From assembly GCA_964234715.1 (NCBI GenBank), contig OZ174281.1: 64,000 nt of DNA. One strand, written 5' to 3'. Origin of the DNA: Podarcis melisellensis. Taxonomy: Eukaryota. Under the pieces are notes generated by a model. That model did not search any database. It saw nothing but the letters and a program-made list of their open reading frames with translations, and was not told the origin of the DNA. The position numbers and the translations under genes are program-made. Shown here piece by piece: positions 25,601-37,159 of the stretch; position 1 is the stretch's first letter, and every line of letters begins with the position of its first letter.

Positions 25601-28600
25601 TGCCCCTTTTCCCACCTCCCACTCCAAGCCAGTGCTGCAATGATGCACAGCTGGCCTTGCTCCAGCCCTGTACCTGTGAGCCTCCCCACTCCAGAGGCCT
25701 GGCGGGAAGCCCCCGCCTACAGTCACCCTCCCTGCCCTGAGTTTTACCTTCCGGTCCTCTTCAGCTCTTCACTGACGTGCTGATGCCCATGGCCATGGCG
25801 CTCGTCCGCGGCAGACAAGTGCCCACTCGCGTGAGGATTCCACTCTCGGAAGTGCAAGGCGATCCTAAGAATGCAAAGGATAGAGGCATTCTGGTTTGCA
25901 AAGAAGCAGCATTCTGCTGGGGGCCATCAATCCTCCGCTCTCCTCCTCTATTCCTGTCTGCCACTGACAGGCTCCAGTGGCTTGTATGGAAGATGCAATG
26001 ATACACCCTCCGAATGCCTCATGGCACAATACCCAGAGAAATAATGGACAGCGTCATATCTGATCATAGAACTGTAGAGTTGGAAGGGAGCCCAAGGGGA
26101 AATCTAGTCCACCCCCTGCAATGCAGGAATCATTGATGCAGCCCACATGTTAGCAGTGGTGGCAGCAGCATTACTGTAGGTTAGTGCCTTGCCCCCACCC
26201 CACCTCTTTTTTAAATAAACAAACAAACAAACAAACAAACAAACAAACAAACCATAAAGGTAGTGCATACAGCAGACATAGGCAATCTCAGCCCTCTAGG
26301 TGTTTTGGGACTACAACTCTCATCAGCCCTAGCTAACAGGACTAGTGGTCAGGGATGATGGGAACTGTAGTCTCAAAACATCTGGAGGGTCAAGTTTGCC
26401 TGTGCCTGGCATACAGCTTTGGAGTAGTTTGGTTACAGGAAACAACGGAACTGTGTGGCAGAACAGGCAGCCAGGATGCCCTCTCACAAAGAAGCAAATA
26501 AAAACAGAACACACACAAGACCTGATGGCTGGAGGAACAGGGATTGTGTTGCCTGACAGTGTCACAAATGGAGTGGAACAGGCACCTGCGCCTGCAACAT
26601 TTGCATGCCTTGGGCCAGAGACACTGGCAAGGACCAGAACTTCCCAGCAATGAGATATAGAGGATGTTCACAATAGTGGCTTGAAACACTGTGAGGTAAT
26701 TTGTCGCCCCCTTAATTTTTTTATCATCTTTTTAAAATTATTTTGAACATTTCATCCAAAACAGAGATTCCAGAGCAGTGTACACAAATATAATCGAATA
26801 GCTCTACAATATTAAAAATTTAGCTAAAGAGATCTAAGAATCAGCAACTTTCTTTCCTGTTCCCAGCTCCTCTCTGCACATACCTCTTCTGTGGTGAGGG
26901 CAAGCATTTTGGGGGGGCAATTCGAGTGGTTGGGTCCCATTTGCCCGGGGGTAGGACAGTCAGTTCATCCAGAAACTCATCAATTCCTGCAGTGAGATCT
27001 TCTGCGTCTCTTGCTTTCCGGGCAACTCTCTGGAAAAGCTGGAAAGGAATGGTATTAGTCCCAGCTCTGCCTCCTTACAGGAAAGACAAATCACGGGAAC
27101 GCATTCTGGGAAAGCGCAAGGGCTTGTGGTGGTTTTGGTTGCCTGCATGCAGCAAAACAGACTTATGACCTTGCACAATCTAAAATGTCAAGAAAGCTGT
27201 TCACCCTTAAATGGAGGAAATTATGGACAATTCAGCCATTTGCTGTCTCAATGACAGAGCATTAAGGGGCTTACTGGGGCCAAAGTATCATCACAACTAT
27301 AAAGTTACATGTTTTAATCATTAATTTTGCAGCTGGAAATTAAGTCACTAATGCATAATGCAGCTCCTTTCTAGCCTACATAATAATTTGAAGTTTTTCT
27401 ACATTATATGCGTTATATTTCCTACATAAAAAATGCTCTGGGGAGTTCTTTTTATTAGTTTAAAGCAGATTTGCTATTGCTCTTTGCAGAAACCAGCCGC
27501 CCCCTCCAAGACACATCAGTTTGAAACAGAAGGCAGGGCTATATGAGGTTTGTTCAGTCATACAATAGTCCTTTCACAAAGAATATGGACAAACTATGTT
27601 CATAATACATTTCATGATAATTATGATAGGGTTCTGAAAAATATAGGCAGCCCATTAAAAAGTTTGAACTGGTGGCAACCTTACCTAGCAATCCAAGACC
27701 TGTTCCTCCCTGGGCAATTAGAAGATTGACATTAGGGGTACTAATCACCCGTTGACTTCTCCAGCCTTTAGCACCATCACGCTATCCCATAACTGCAGTG
27801 TGCGGCACCTTCCCTAATTTTATGGCAGCGGCAGCAGATCTTTGCACCTCCCAGCCAGAACCCAAACTCACCTCATCTGTCAGGAGAGTAGCCACAGCCC
27901 TGCCGATTTCATGGTAGGCCTTCACTTTGGCTCTGGGGCCCAGGAGGATAAAGAGGAACCTAGAGAGAGTCACAGCAATGTCAAGAGTGGGGTCAAAGAT
28001 GAGCCCATTTTCCTACTTTCAAAGCAAGCAGCTCACTGAGGCCTCAATCCTAAACTCAGCACAAATTGCTGAGGTGAGGGGCTCAGGCGCTTTATTCCTC
28101 GCATTACTAAGCAAGCTCTAAGGCTGATCTTCTACTGTGCTGCAACACGTTTGCTACAGCGGTCAGAGTGAGAAAACGGTGACTCATTAGCCCATCTGGA
28201 ACAGGTGACCTGAGGAACCAGTTAGGCTTGTCTCTGTAGGACTGATGCTCTAGGCTGGGGTCCTCAGACTGGACAACTCTTTCCTCTATTTGCTTGACCT
28301 GAAAGCTGGCCACCAGGCCACCTGTCAATGCTCCTTCCATCTCTGGTTCTCTTCATACTTACCAGCCCACTCGGGAACCAGCCTGCCTTAACTTGCCTCT
28401 AGCCCTATGAATCTTGGTTTGCCCACACCCCCATGTGTAGTCTGGCTCAGGGTTTGGCCAAGGACCGACCAAAAAAGATAGAATCCTGCCTCACTGAGAA
28501 TGCCCTAAACCAGAGATAGCTTTCCAAGTGTACTGGACTATCAGTCTCAGCTAGCATGGCCTCTGTTTGAGGTTGATAGAAGTTGTAGTCCAACAGCTCA

Positions 28601-31600
28601 TGGAGGCACTATATTGGCTATCCCTGCCCTAGGTTGTGTGGGACTGGCTGCCATCATGCCATGAGTGTAACTGGAAGGAGCAAGATGGCGGCCACTGAAA
28701 TGGAACAAATTATTTCTCAAAAGAATGGGGAGAAAGAAACACCACAGCAATGGCTTGCCACTGAGCATACTCTCCACAATCCTGGCAAATATGGGATCTG
28801 GTCAGGACTGACTGCTGTTCACAGCCTTAGCATTGAATAGATTGAGAATATTTCAGAATGACCTGAAGTGTGGCCTCGTTGAAGCCAGTTAACCAATTTA
28901 AATGGTTTCCCACCACCTCAGCCCCTCAGGTGTTGCTGTGCCATGGGGCAACAGTGCATTGAAACACGGCTATCCAGGCATAGGTCAGCTGGCTGATGAC
29001 ACCTGATAATCTCGTGCCCACTGTATCTTCAGGAGGTAGCACTCAGTTCGCTACCCAAGTGTAGGGTTGCCGTATTTTGAAGAGAGAAAAAAGACTTTGC
29101 CAACTTCTACTTTTAACTATGGATTGTTATGATGACTCTACCAATAAAAGGGGACGTGTCCTGGAAAAAGAGGACCTATGGCAATCCACAACTACACCCA
29201 TCTAGTTGTGTATCAGAACACAGACAACTGCAATTATTTCCTATGCCAAGAACTGCAGGACACCCCTTTCACTCTAGCATCTACGGAGGAAACTTTGCTG
29301 TCCTGCCCCGCTCCCTGTTTGCTTCTTACCTGCTAGGGAAAGCAACTTCTGCTAAGCCCCCAAGAAGCACTGGTTCCTGCAGACGCACAAAAGCAACAAA
29401 AGGTTTCTCCAGGAAGCTGGCTTCTCCTACAAGAATGTTGGCCACTTCAGTCCCAGCTGGAATCTTCTTCTTAAAGTGATTATTAAGCTGCAGTGAGAGA
29501 AAAATCTAGGGTTGGTGATCCATAGCTCAGAAAACAACGGTAAGGTGACAGAACATATGTTGTGGACCATACAGAGGAGAGAGGGAGACCTCAACAACCA
29601 TTAACTCTCTTTTTGTGGAGTGCCCAAACTAGGGAAGCTGCTGGTGACTGCTGCACATTCCTTCATCCAAAATAAAAGCATCACCTGGGAAGTTTCTCAG
29701 TCTCAATGGTACAGTCAACCATTCTGAACACTGCCAGGAAGATATCCCAATTCAGAGGCCATTCTAGTGATGTATATATTCACTCACCAGGCAGGGGCTA
29801 CTGGGTACCCATGCATTTCACAACTAGGCCAAATTCCACACAAACAAAGAAACAAACATTTCTTTAAAACACACATTTTATTCACCTGACAAAAACCAGA
29901 GAAATCAGTGCTAAAGCAGCCTGGCATAAGTGGCTCTCTGCCATGGTTAGGAAGGGCCTCAGCAAGTGCAAGACTGCCGTGCCCTGGCAAGTGAGGGCAC
30001 TGCAAAAAGGAAGACAGTCTGGAACATTGCATTGTTGGCTGGATTGTGCTAGGAAGACTGTGCAAACCTGAACTTCTGCTTTGCCCCTGAATTCCTTCTG
30101 CAAAATACTGACAGTCTGGAAGAACGCTCCTTCTGTTCCAGTCAATGCTTTTTTGTAGAAAAAAATGTGCCAGAACTCACCTCAGTTGCCAACTCAGACG
30201 CCGACATTGACGCCATCTTGAAACTAAAATCACGTGACAAGATGTCGGGCTACACTATCTTATAGGATGGTTCAGACTGTGTCCCCACATGCCTTCACTC
30301 ATTAAAGGGGAGCAAGGCGCTGTGTTCCGCCAGGGAAAAAGCCCTGGTTCCAGGGATGGGGAAATCAGGTGTTACTGGTCCTCTGAATGCTACTGAACTA
30401 CAGCTCACAGCTGCCCCCATACTTGATCATTGACCATGGAAGTTGGGGCTGGTGTCCAATGACATCTCCTGTCCCTTACTCTAACCAAAGGATACTTGCT
30501 TCTTGCGTGTTCCTTAATGTAAAGGGCATCCCTCCCGGAATGAAATCCCACCCAAACTTCAGAGCTGAGAGCTAGAAGCAGGTATGGTATTTCAAAGCTA
30601 TGAGGAGCTGGTTGGACAGAATTTAAAAAGGGGTCCTGTGTAGATATGTTTTCCCACCAGGACAACACCTGAGAGTTCTTGTAAAGAGGCCTTTGAAGCA
30701 CTTTGCAACCTTCCCTCTTTCCCTACATGCACCACACATTACTTACCTGTTCCTTTAGGGGCACCTCTGAGACTTCACCCACCAGATCTGAGCGGCTGTT
30801 AGCTTTGTCTGCAACAGAAATGAAAAACCAAAGCAAAAATAGAGAAAGCCCTTTGACACTTCTAAACACAATTCCATTGAAAGACTACACACAGGAGCAT
30901 ATTAGTGAGTTACTGCCCCTTCAAAAGGCGTTGCCTTGATAACTAGGATGGATAACATGTGCTCCTGCAGATGACACTGGATTTCAACTCCCATTGGTCT
31001 CAGCCAGCCCAGCCCAGTGGCCAGGGATGGTGAGATCTGTAGCCCTACAACATCTGGAAGCTGCCAGGTTCCCTACCCCTGCTTTAAAAGTTGTAAATTA
31101 TGTATAACTTCTAAAGAGGTGTGAAGATTAAAGCATCACTCTCCACCTGATACCTTAACATAGACCTATCATGGTTCCACCAGCACATCTGAATCCAGTT
31201 ATGCCGTCATTCCTCCTGAGATTAGTGTCTAAATGTACTCCTAATCATAAATAAGTCACACTGAGTTGAATAAAAGGAGGCAATCTTTAGCTTATAGGTA
31301 AGTGGATTTCTGGTGCCACCACCTGAACAGTGTTCTACACACTGGTTGCCTGTTTGCTGTAGCCTGGAGTTAAAGAGCAAGGGATGGGACCCAGAGGGAC
31401 AGTGCAAGGACTACTTACCAGAGCAGGAGGCCACACCCATCTCCACCAGCATCCTCAGCTGAGATTTGGTGATGTGGTGCTGAGGCTTGAGGAGCAAGAC
31501 ATACATGAGTTTCTTTGAGAGCTCTGGCCTGAGGGCATGGCTCTCTATTTGGGTTTCAATCACCTTTTCTTGAACACAAAATAAACACAAAGTGAGTCCT

Positions 31601-33454
31601 CTCAAAATAAGGGCTCCCCCCTCCCCTTTGCTGTAAACATTTATAATCTTTGGCATCTACTGAAGAAACCTTTTTATATATTAAAAAAAAATTAAACTGC
31701 CTTACTAGCAAAGCTAAAGAACCTTTAATATAAATCACCACCATGCAAATAAAGAGCAGTTTTCCAATGACATGGAAATTAATCTGTCCAGAAGGATTTC
31801 CGTACAGATCACCCATTATTGACTCTTCTGATAATCAGGGAGTCCATCAGTTAGGGTGGTCCCCTTTATAAGTTGCTGAAATTCCCCCTTCTACACAATA
31901 GAGGGTGAAGGTAGGGAACAGAATGTAGGCCCCTGGGAAGTGAAATGCAGAAAGAACAGACAGTGATGTTTACCTAAAAGCAAAATAAGTTACAGTGACC
32001 AATTAACAAGCCAGAGTTGGCAATAATAACACTAAAGGAGTTTCAACCCCACTCGTACTTGACTAATGAGGGGTGGGTTTCTCTGAACAAGCAGGGATCT
32101 CTGCACATTTCCCACATACCAAGTATTTGCTTAAAATTGCGAGCTTCCAAATCCAGCAGGACAGCTCCTCTCTTTATACATGTCCGTAGCTCAAACAGGC
32201 TGTGAAGGGAGAGAGTTGTCACGTGAGGCTTGCTCCAGCGTTCTCCTCCATCTTCCACTTTCTCTTCAAACTTTATCCACCTGAATTGGAAAAAAGTGAA
32301 GGCCACATTTGAGATCCTTGTGCATGCAAAATTTCTATTTCCTAAGCCATGACCACATGGCTTCACCAGAATGTCTTATTTAATTTTCAAGTGACAACAT
32401 TTTGGCCCTTGCACTTAAGGAGGAAAACATAAGAAATGACCTGTCTAGGATAATTAAAACTAGTCAGGATGAAGACACGAGGAGTTTAGTGTTTAAAAAA
32501 ATCAAAACCGAAACTTATTCCCCCCAGGTTGTGGTCCTGACAAAAACACCTTGAAGCGTGTCTCTGCCGTGAGGAAAGATGCCACTGCCAGGATTACAGT
32601 GCAGGAGCAAAAGGTTAAAGAAAACACTCTTCCACCCTCCATGGTCCTGATAAATACATAAACAAACAAACAAACAAACAAACAAACAGAATGAATCACA
32701 CACACTGCCAGCCCACACGTGAATGTCCAAATTGGCTCTTCGCCTGTCGTGGGAAAATCGCAGGAGCATTGTTCCCTCAGCAGGTTTTTACTCTTCTCAT
32801 GGTCGTTTGTTGCTGATATGCATGTATGGGAATCCAACCCTGATCTGCAGAGAACCTTGCAGTGCATCAGCTACTGGCCTCCTTATTAGGCCTCAGCAGG
32901 AGCCAGACTCCAGGTAAGAGACAGGTAGAGTGCATGACTGCATGTCACCCTGCAGGCAGAAGTTGCGTGGGGCGGGCAGCAATTTTCACTGATTTCCCCT
33001 CCCCCCACAGCTCTCTGTGGCTGAAAACAGTATGAGAGGCACCACAGAGGACTACAGGGAAGGATGAACTGCTAAAAGGCACCCTTCTCTCCACACACGT
33101 CTGCTGGCAGGAGCATCCTGTGAGTGGAACTCCTGCTAGCAGAAGCCGGCTTAGGACTGAAGCCAATTCCTTCTACAGTCTTATCAACTCATCACTTAGG
33201 ATTTATCTTGGCTGCGCTCCCTACAAACAGGGAATAAGAGGGCAGCCAAAACTATTTTTGGCAAACTGGTCTCTTTTTTAATTTTCAAGGGCTCCACAAA
33301 TGCTTACATAATGCCTTTTTGCCAGGCACCTGTATCTGTAGCAACTTAGAAACCATGTTGTCCAATGGAACAGTCAGTGGATGTTTGCAGAGTAGGGTGG
33401 GCATGAAACAGTCTATTTTTGTGTTGCGAACTGCCCTGGGATCTACAGATGAAG

Positions 33455-33508
<54 letters not shown>

Positions 33509-34647
33509 TACCAAAAATTCATGAAGTTGACTCTCTAATTTGAGTAGACACAGATATTTGTAGAAATGTGAAACCTTATCAAACCTAATTCTATTTCATT
33601 TAACGATTTCCTTGCCATTTCACTGTTTCTATTTGACCACCCAAAAGAAGTATCCAAAGAGTGCTCGCCTAGGACACTGGCCAGTAAGGAAGGAATATTG
33701 TGCAAAGCTGGCGGCTTGCATTCTCTGGTTGCCTAGGCAACACAGGAGGAAGCCGCTGTCTTGGATCCATGTTGGGCACAGTTACCCTGCCCAAATGAAC
33801 CAGGCCACACAAACCTCCCAAAATGCTCATATTGCTCCCAGAGGCCACTTCACACTTTTGGAAGTGGGTCAGGTGATAAAAGCTTTTCCTCCAGCCTGGG
33901 ATGGTCTCTCCAGGGACATATGCCTGTTGCTGAGTCCAATCTCTTTTAGCCTTTTTCACCATAAGCAAAATGTTGTACAGTATTGCATTTGTGCATGCAG
34001 ATGTGTATATTGCAAAAAAATAAAATAAAAATAAAATCCTGTTGTTGGTATACAACCTCAGCAGAAATGAATGAGGGCCATGAATGGCTGAGTGCTGACA
34101 GCTCTTATAAGGAAGCAAAGTTGTTCTCCAGAAATAGGTCAGAGTGACATGATGAACTGATCTCTCAGGGCACCGCCGCATGATAAATCAGGGGTTCAAA
34201 GGGCAACCAAGCTGCCTGGCTGTCCAACAGCTTAAGGTGGCCATGCACTCCCTGACTTGCTTGCATTCACTAGGACAGCACAGCCCCTGTGTCCTCAGCC
34301 TTTCTCAGCCTTGGGTCCTCAGATGTTGTTGGATTACAACAACTAGTGGGAACCTAGCTAGGTTGAGAAAGGCCGTCCTGTGTGCATACAACCCTATGCA
34401 CTGTCTGTTTATTTAGGACATTTTAATACCACCCACCCTCAAGATTTATTCCAAGCCTAAAGGCTTGTCTTTGTGTAGAGAACGTACAGGTACTGGGGGA
34501 GGGCATTTAGAAAGGGACTTGCTGCTGTGATCCTGCCCCATATGCTCATTCACTGCAATATTATCTGATGCTGAGTTCACTAGCAGAAGCAGACAGGTAT
34601 AGCTCACTGAGTGCAGTTTTCCCCCCCCCCTTATGCAGTTGCCAACC

Positions 34648-34690
<43 letters not shown>

Positions 34691-37159
34691 CTTCAAAATG
34701 CCCACATAAACCTCCATCTAAGGTGAACAGCTATTGCATAGGCTAAATACTGCTAAATACCCTCTACTGTCTCTATATAGGGTCCGCATAGATCACATAG
34801 TATAGGCTACAACTGTGACAAAATCAGAAAGTTTGAAATATGTCTCACACCAGGTGACTCAGGAAAGTGAGCCAAGCCAACAGTTACATATCAACACACA
34901 TATATGCATAACATGGTCAAGAAATTAAGCATATAGGAAACTGTTATCCATTTTTCAGAGTAAAAACAGTCCCAGAGACAATGAGTGAACCTCGGGTGGG
35001 GAACTCACAACACATGCAGGTGGGTAACTCAAAGAAGCAAGCCAAGCCACACACTGCAAGTCAATTTACATGAATGAATTCTGTAAAGGAATTAATCATG
35101 TAAAAGACATCCTTCCAGAAAAGGTCATAATTTTAGCAATTTCACACTAAGACTAAAATAAATAGGGGAGCACCCTATTTATTTTTGCTACTTGCAATCT
35201 TCAGAAGGTAGAGATCTACTTCTGTACCTGAGCCTGTGATTGCTCCATGCAGAAAGGTGAGGGGGCCAAGGCTACAGGTACAGGTTGCAACTACCAGTTG
35301 AGATGAACAGTGAGAAAGAAGAGGAAGGAATGTGGGCAAGAGTGGACCATTTCTGAAATCTCTCTCCAGTGTCCCCTCAACAACATTTACCCATGAATTT
35401 TAATGTGATGGCTATATGATGAGCATGAGTAGAAAGAATTCTATGACAAATCCCAGGATATTGTTGTAAACAATGCATTTCTACCGCTATGTTCACTCAC
35501 ACACTCTTAAATGACACACCTATTGTCATCAAAGTCAAATTCTTGGACATTTCAAAAGGGTTGCAAAATATTTTTGAAGAGCAAGAATATCACTTAAAGA
35601 AGATGTGATGGTTTCCTACTCAAGGAGCCATTCACAGCTACGTGTTCTCCCCTAAAAATGAGTATTTTTATCATGCAACATCAGTAAGACTTCTTGCTGA
35701 AAGTGTGTGACGCCAAACTTTTCAATGACAACAATAATAACTTGGCACATTTGCAACACTTTTTTGCTCGCTCAAACCACTTTACACATATTAAAACAGC
35801 CTTGCTACACTGGGAGGCAGTGTGGCATAGTGGCTAGAGTGTCAGACTAGGACCTGGGAGGCAAAGCTTCAAGCCCCACTCGACCACTGGATGACCTTGG
35901 AGTCAGTTACTGCCTCTCAACCTAACCTCCCTCACAGGATTGTTGTGGGGGTTAAATGAAGGAGGCAGAGTAGCATGTACACCACCTTGAGCTCCTTTGA
36001 GAAAAAAGGTGGGGTGTAGATGCATTAGCTATGGTGCCGTTGGCACTGGCATGCCTAGTTAATTTGTTTATGAACTGATATTTCACCTGTTGTTAACCAC
36101 TGTGCTTTACCCGACACAGTGCACTGCTGCCATGCCCACGCTTCAGGATGAGAACATGGCAAGCAACATTGCCTGGAAGATTATTGTGTCTGGTGTGGCC
36201 TTTGCCAAATATTTCAGCTTTTCTCTGTGTTTTCTGCCACAAACCATCCCTCATCTCACCTTGGCATTTGCCAAGGAGCCAGGATTAACGGTTGAGCATA
36301 GCCCTGAGTGTGAATGATGCCTTCTACTCAAACTTGTTTTAGGCACAAGCGAAGAGGCTGACTTTTAATTTCGGGGTTTTAATATTTGAAACAGGCAAGG
36401 TTGAATTTGTGGCGTTTGAAAGGTGGACAACCCAACCCAATTATTCACCTGGAGAAATGACTTGATGAGAGACCCTGGCCTACTTCCAGCTGCCAGAAGA
36501 GCAGCATGAGGAGGAAGATTCCCCCCCCCCACTGCCCCCCAAAATCACTTCCCCAGGGGTGGCTATGGGCTGGTCAAAGTGCCCCCAGCCAGGCAGACTT
36601 AAGCATCCAAGTGTATGAAGCTTCCTTACCCCAAGTCATTGGCCCATCCAGACCAGAATTTGCACACTTTGACATCTGGCAGCTCCCTAAGAACTCAGGC
36701 AGGCTGAAGTCTTTCCCATTCCTGCTGGAAAACCGCTTAACCGAAAGCCCTGCAGACTGAACCTGAGGCATTCTGCATGCAGAGCATGTGTTCTGCCACA
36801 AAGTTCAGCCTTGAGTGAGCAGCCACCTACCTGGCGGTTTGCCTCCATTCCAGTCCTTCAGGGGTACTGAAGAGCTCAGAGAGCTGTATAAATAGCACTG
36901 GGCAATTTGCTCCTTCATTCTCCTCCACCTCCTCCTCCTCCTCCTGTTTCAGCATAAGGCTCACTCTCTCTGCTGCTGGTGAGATGCTGGAGGTGAAGAT
37001 ACTTCTCCCAACCGCTTGGCAGATGACCACAGAAGTTCTGCTGGGGGGCTCCTGCTCTCCTCCATTGCTGTTGCCGGTCCCCTCGGCTTGCAGAGTCAGG
37101 CCGTCTTTCCTTTCAGCTGGACAACCGTCGCTTGCACCCAGGGCACTTGCTTTGGACAT
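2794..37159 (-). CDS. SLC4A9: SLC4A9 (AE4, SLC4 bicarbonate transporter), 21 coding exons, 3027 nt / 1008 aa
   Basis: Exons chain with GT-AG sites, consistent phases and no stop codons. SLC4 motifs include [34 protein letters not shown] and GFHLD. The C-terminus [17 protein letters not shown] matches recalled mammalian AE4, and the gene sits head-to-head with HBEGF as at human 5q31. Confidence 0.93.
3932..4087 (-). CDS. SLC4A9: SLC4A9 exon 20 ([16 protein letters not shown]...WLDDIMPEK...DNED)
   Basis: ttctag| acceptor and |gtaagg donor. Confidence 0.93.
6232..6405 (-). CDS. SLC4A9: SLC4A9 exon 19 ([27 protein letters not shown]...IIFPLM)
   Basis: tctcag| acceptor and |gtaag donor. Confidence 0.95.
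7626..7694 (-). CDS. SLC4A9: SLC4A9 exon 18 ([23 protein letters not shown])
   Basis: cctcag| acceptor and |gtgag donor. Confidence 0.95.
8025..8097 (-). CDS. SLC4A9: SLC4A9 exon 17 ([24 protein letters not shown])
   Basis: ttgcag| acceptor and |gtaag donor. Confidence 0.95.
8274..8402 (+). ncRNA. HDV-like self-cleaving ribozyme fold at the 5' end of the BovB-derived element
   Basis: P1 8274-80/8304-10 (7 bp), P2 8282-88/8396-402, P3 8291-93/8301-03, 7-nt L3, P4 8312-22/8380-88, J4/2 CCAA at 8389. Confidence 0.6.
8274..8540 (+). mobile_element. Non-autonomous bipartite BovB (RTE) element: 5' end fused to the 3' tail
   Basis: BovB-like 5' (catggatcac..gtggcgaagggg) joined to the 3' tail (gtccatggggtcacgaagagtcggacacgact + CAA repeats); 11-bp TSD aggacccttgt at 8263-8273 and 8541-8551. 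Confidence 0.85.
9096..9274 (-). CDS. SLC4A9: SLC4A9 exon 16 (KGAGFHLD...[15 protein letters not shown]...FLGIR)
   Basis: ttgcag| acceptor and |gtatg donor. Confidence 0.95.
10356..10580. mobile_element. Tc1/mariner (Tigger-like) MITE
   Basis: TA|cagtggcacct ... aggtaccactg|TA terminal inverted repeats. Confidence 0.85.
10913..11265 (+). mobile_element. Sauria SINE
   Basis: tRNA-like head (ggtggcgctgtgg A box, gttcgaatccc B box), acctt-type tail, TSD taccaccc. Confidence 0.9.
11405..11652 (+). mobile_element. CR1 LINE 3' end, nested in an older - strand tRNA-derived SINE (about 11345-11767)
   Basis: CR1-type ORF2 end and 3' terminus ...ccaactctatgattctatga. Confidence 0.85.
12855..13463 (+). 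mobile_element. L2-clade LINE 3' fragment
   Basis: ORF2 C-terminal peptide [12 protein letters not shown]...[15 protein letters not shown]; (aat/att)n tail. Confidence 0.8.
14043..14398 (+). mobile_element. Sauria SINE
   Basis: A and B boxes, gtacctttacc tail, 12-bp TSD taaaggtggaat. Confidence 0.92.
15245..15406 (-). CDS. SLC4A9: SLC4A9 exon 15 ([10 protein letters not shown]...[19 protein letters not shown])
   Basis: ctacag| acceptor and |gtcagt donor. Confidence 0.95.
19519..19632 (-). CDS. SLC4A9: SLC4A9 exon 14 ([17 protein letters not shown]...[11 protein letters not shown])
   Basis: ttttag| acceptor and |gtgggc donor. Confidence 0.94.
19872..20001. other. Assembly gap (130 N) in SLC4A9 intron 13
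   Basis: N run. Confidence 1.
21031..21219 (-). CDS. SLC4A9: SLC4A9 exon 13 ([20 protein letters not shown]...PDITFMS...RYFPAA)
   Basis: cag|cag| tandem acceptor (start 21219 or 21216); donor |gtgagt. Confidence 0.92.
22318..22373 (-). CDS. SLC4A9: SLC4A9 exon 12, 56-nt extracellular-loop-3 exon ([19 protein letters not shown])
   Basis: tttctttcag| acceptor and |gtaag donor; restores phase 1 to 0; carries N-glycosylation sequons NSS and NET. Confidence 0.82.
22639..22691. repeat. (TA)n microsatellite at the PLE junction
   Basis: Directly visible. Confidence 0.97.
22776..22809 (-). ncRNA. Minimal hammerhead ribozyme core (PLE type), sense to the SLC4A9 pre-mRNA
   Basis: Exact reverse complement of 22942-22975. 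Confidence 0.7.
22942..22975 (+). ncRNA. Minimal hammerhead ribozyme core (PLE type)
   Basis: CUGAAGA-U-[GACGAG ugagac CUCGUC]-GAAAC-GUC; palindromic ACGU stem III. Confidence 0.7.
23009..23176. other. Assembly gap (168 N) in SLC4A9 intron 11
   Basis: N run immediately after the PLE palindrome. Confidence 1.
23513..23784 (-). CDS. SLC4A9: SLC4A9 exon 11 ([16 protein letters not shown]...FTRFTEEGF...CTC)
   Basis: ttccag| acceptor and |gtgag donor; within ORF 23424-23915. Confidence 0.95.
24954..25087 (-). CDS. SLC4A9: SLC4A9 exon 10 ([10 protein letters not shown]...[18 protein letters not shown])
   Basis: ttcag| acceptor and |gtaagt donor. Confidence 0.95.
25349..25523 (-). CDS. SLC4A9: SLC4A9 exon 9 ([12 protein letters not shown]...[15 protein letters not shown]; TM1)
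   Basis: tgcag| acceptor and |gtctga donor; conserved peptide. Confidence 0.95.
25748..25864 (-). CDS. SLC4A9: SLC4A9 exon 8 (...[17 protein letters not shown])
   Basis: cttag| acceptor and |gtaaaa donor; EELxRTGR motif; phase 2 to 2. Confidence 0.88.
26273..26408. mobile_element. hAT MITE (related copies near 28500, 30950, 38620)
   Basis: TIR cagacataggcaa / ttgcctgtgcctg; perfect 8-bp TSD gcatacag. Confidence 0.85.
26884..27038 (-). CDS. SLC4A9: SLC4A9 exon 7 (LFQRVARK...[19 protein letters not shown]...)
   Basis: ttccag| acceptor and |gta donor; conserved peptide. Confidence 0.95.
27872..27959 (-). CDS. SLC4A9: SLC4A9 exon 6 (RFLFILLGP...[15 protein letters not shown])
   Basis: ctag| acceptor and |gtgag donor; conserved peptide. 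Confidence 0.95.
29330..29487 (-). CDS. SLC4A9: SLC4A9 exon 5 ([22 protein letters not shown]...)
   Basis: tgcag| acceptor and |gtaag donor; conserved KKIP...LVGE...AFVRL. Confidence 0.93.
30747..30808 (-). CDS. SLC4A9: SLC4A9 exon 4 ([21 protein letters not shown])
   Basis: tttctgttgcag| acceptor and |gtaagt donor; supplies the required phase 1 to 0 change. Confidence 0.85.
31419..31568 (-). CDS. SLC4A9: SLC4A9 exon 3 ([16 protein letters not shown]...)
   Basis: tcaag| acceptor and |gtaag donor; phase 1 to 1. Confidence 0.9.
32120..32280 (-). CDS. SLC4A9: SLC4A9 exon 2 ([20 protein letters not shown]...)
   Basis: ttcag| acceptor and |gtatg donor; conserved SLC4 peptide. Confidence 0.95.
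33459..33508. repeat. (AAT)n microsatellite; similar (ATT)n tracts at about 34647-34689 and 48655-48703
   Basis: Directly visible. Confidence 0.95.
35813..36015 (+). mobile_element. Old tRNA-derived (MIR/CORE-like) SINE; related remnants near 6515, 18030 and 62230
   Basis: ggcagtgtggcatagtggctagagtg head and cctcacaggattgttgtg body. Confidence 0.6.
36831..37159 (-). CDS. SLC4A9: SLC4A9 coding exon 1 (MSKASALG...[13 protein letters not shown]...LEWRQTAR)
   Basis: First in-frame ATG (aggATGt, A at -3) of ORF 36827-37318; donor AG|gtagg, phase 2. The start position is less certain than the donor. Confidence 0.75.

Noticed and set aside
2794-37159. Calling the gene SLC4A4 or SLC4A5 because of NBCe1-like peptides
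   Set aside because: The C-terminus [14 protein letters not shown] and adjacency to HBEGF point to SLC4A9.
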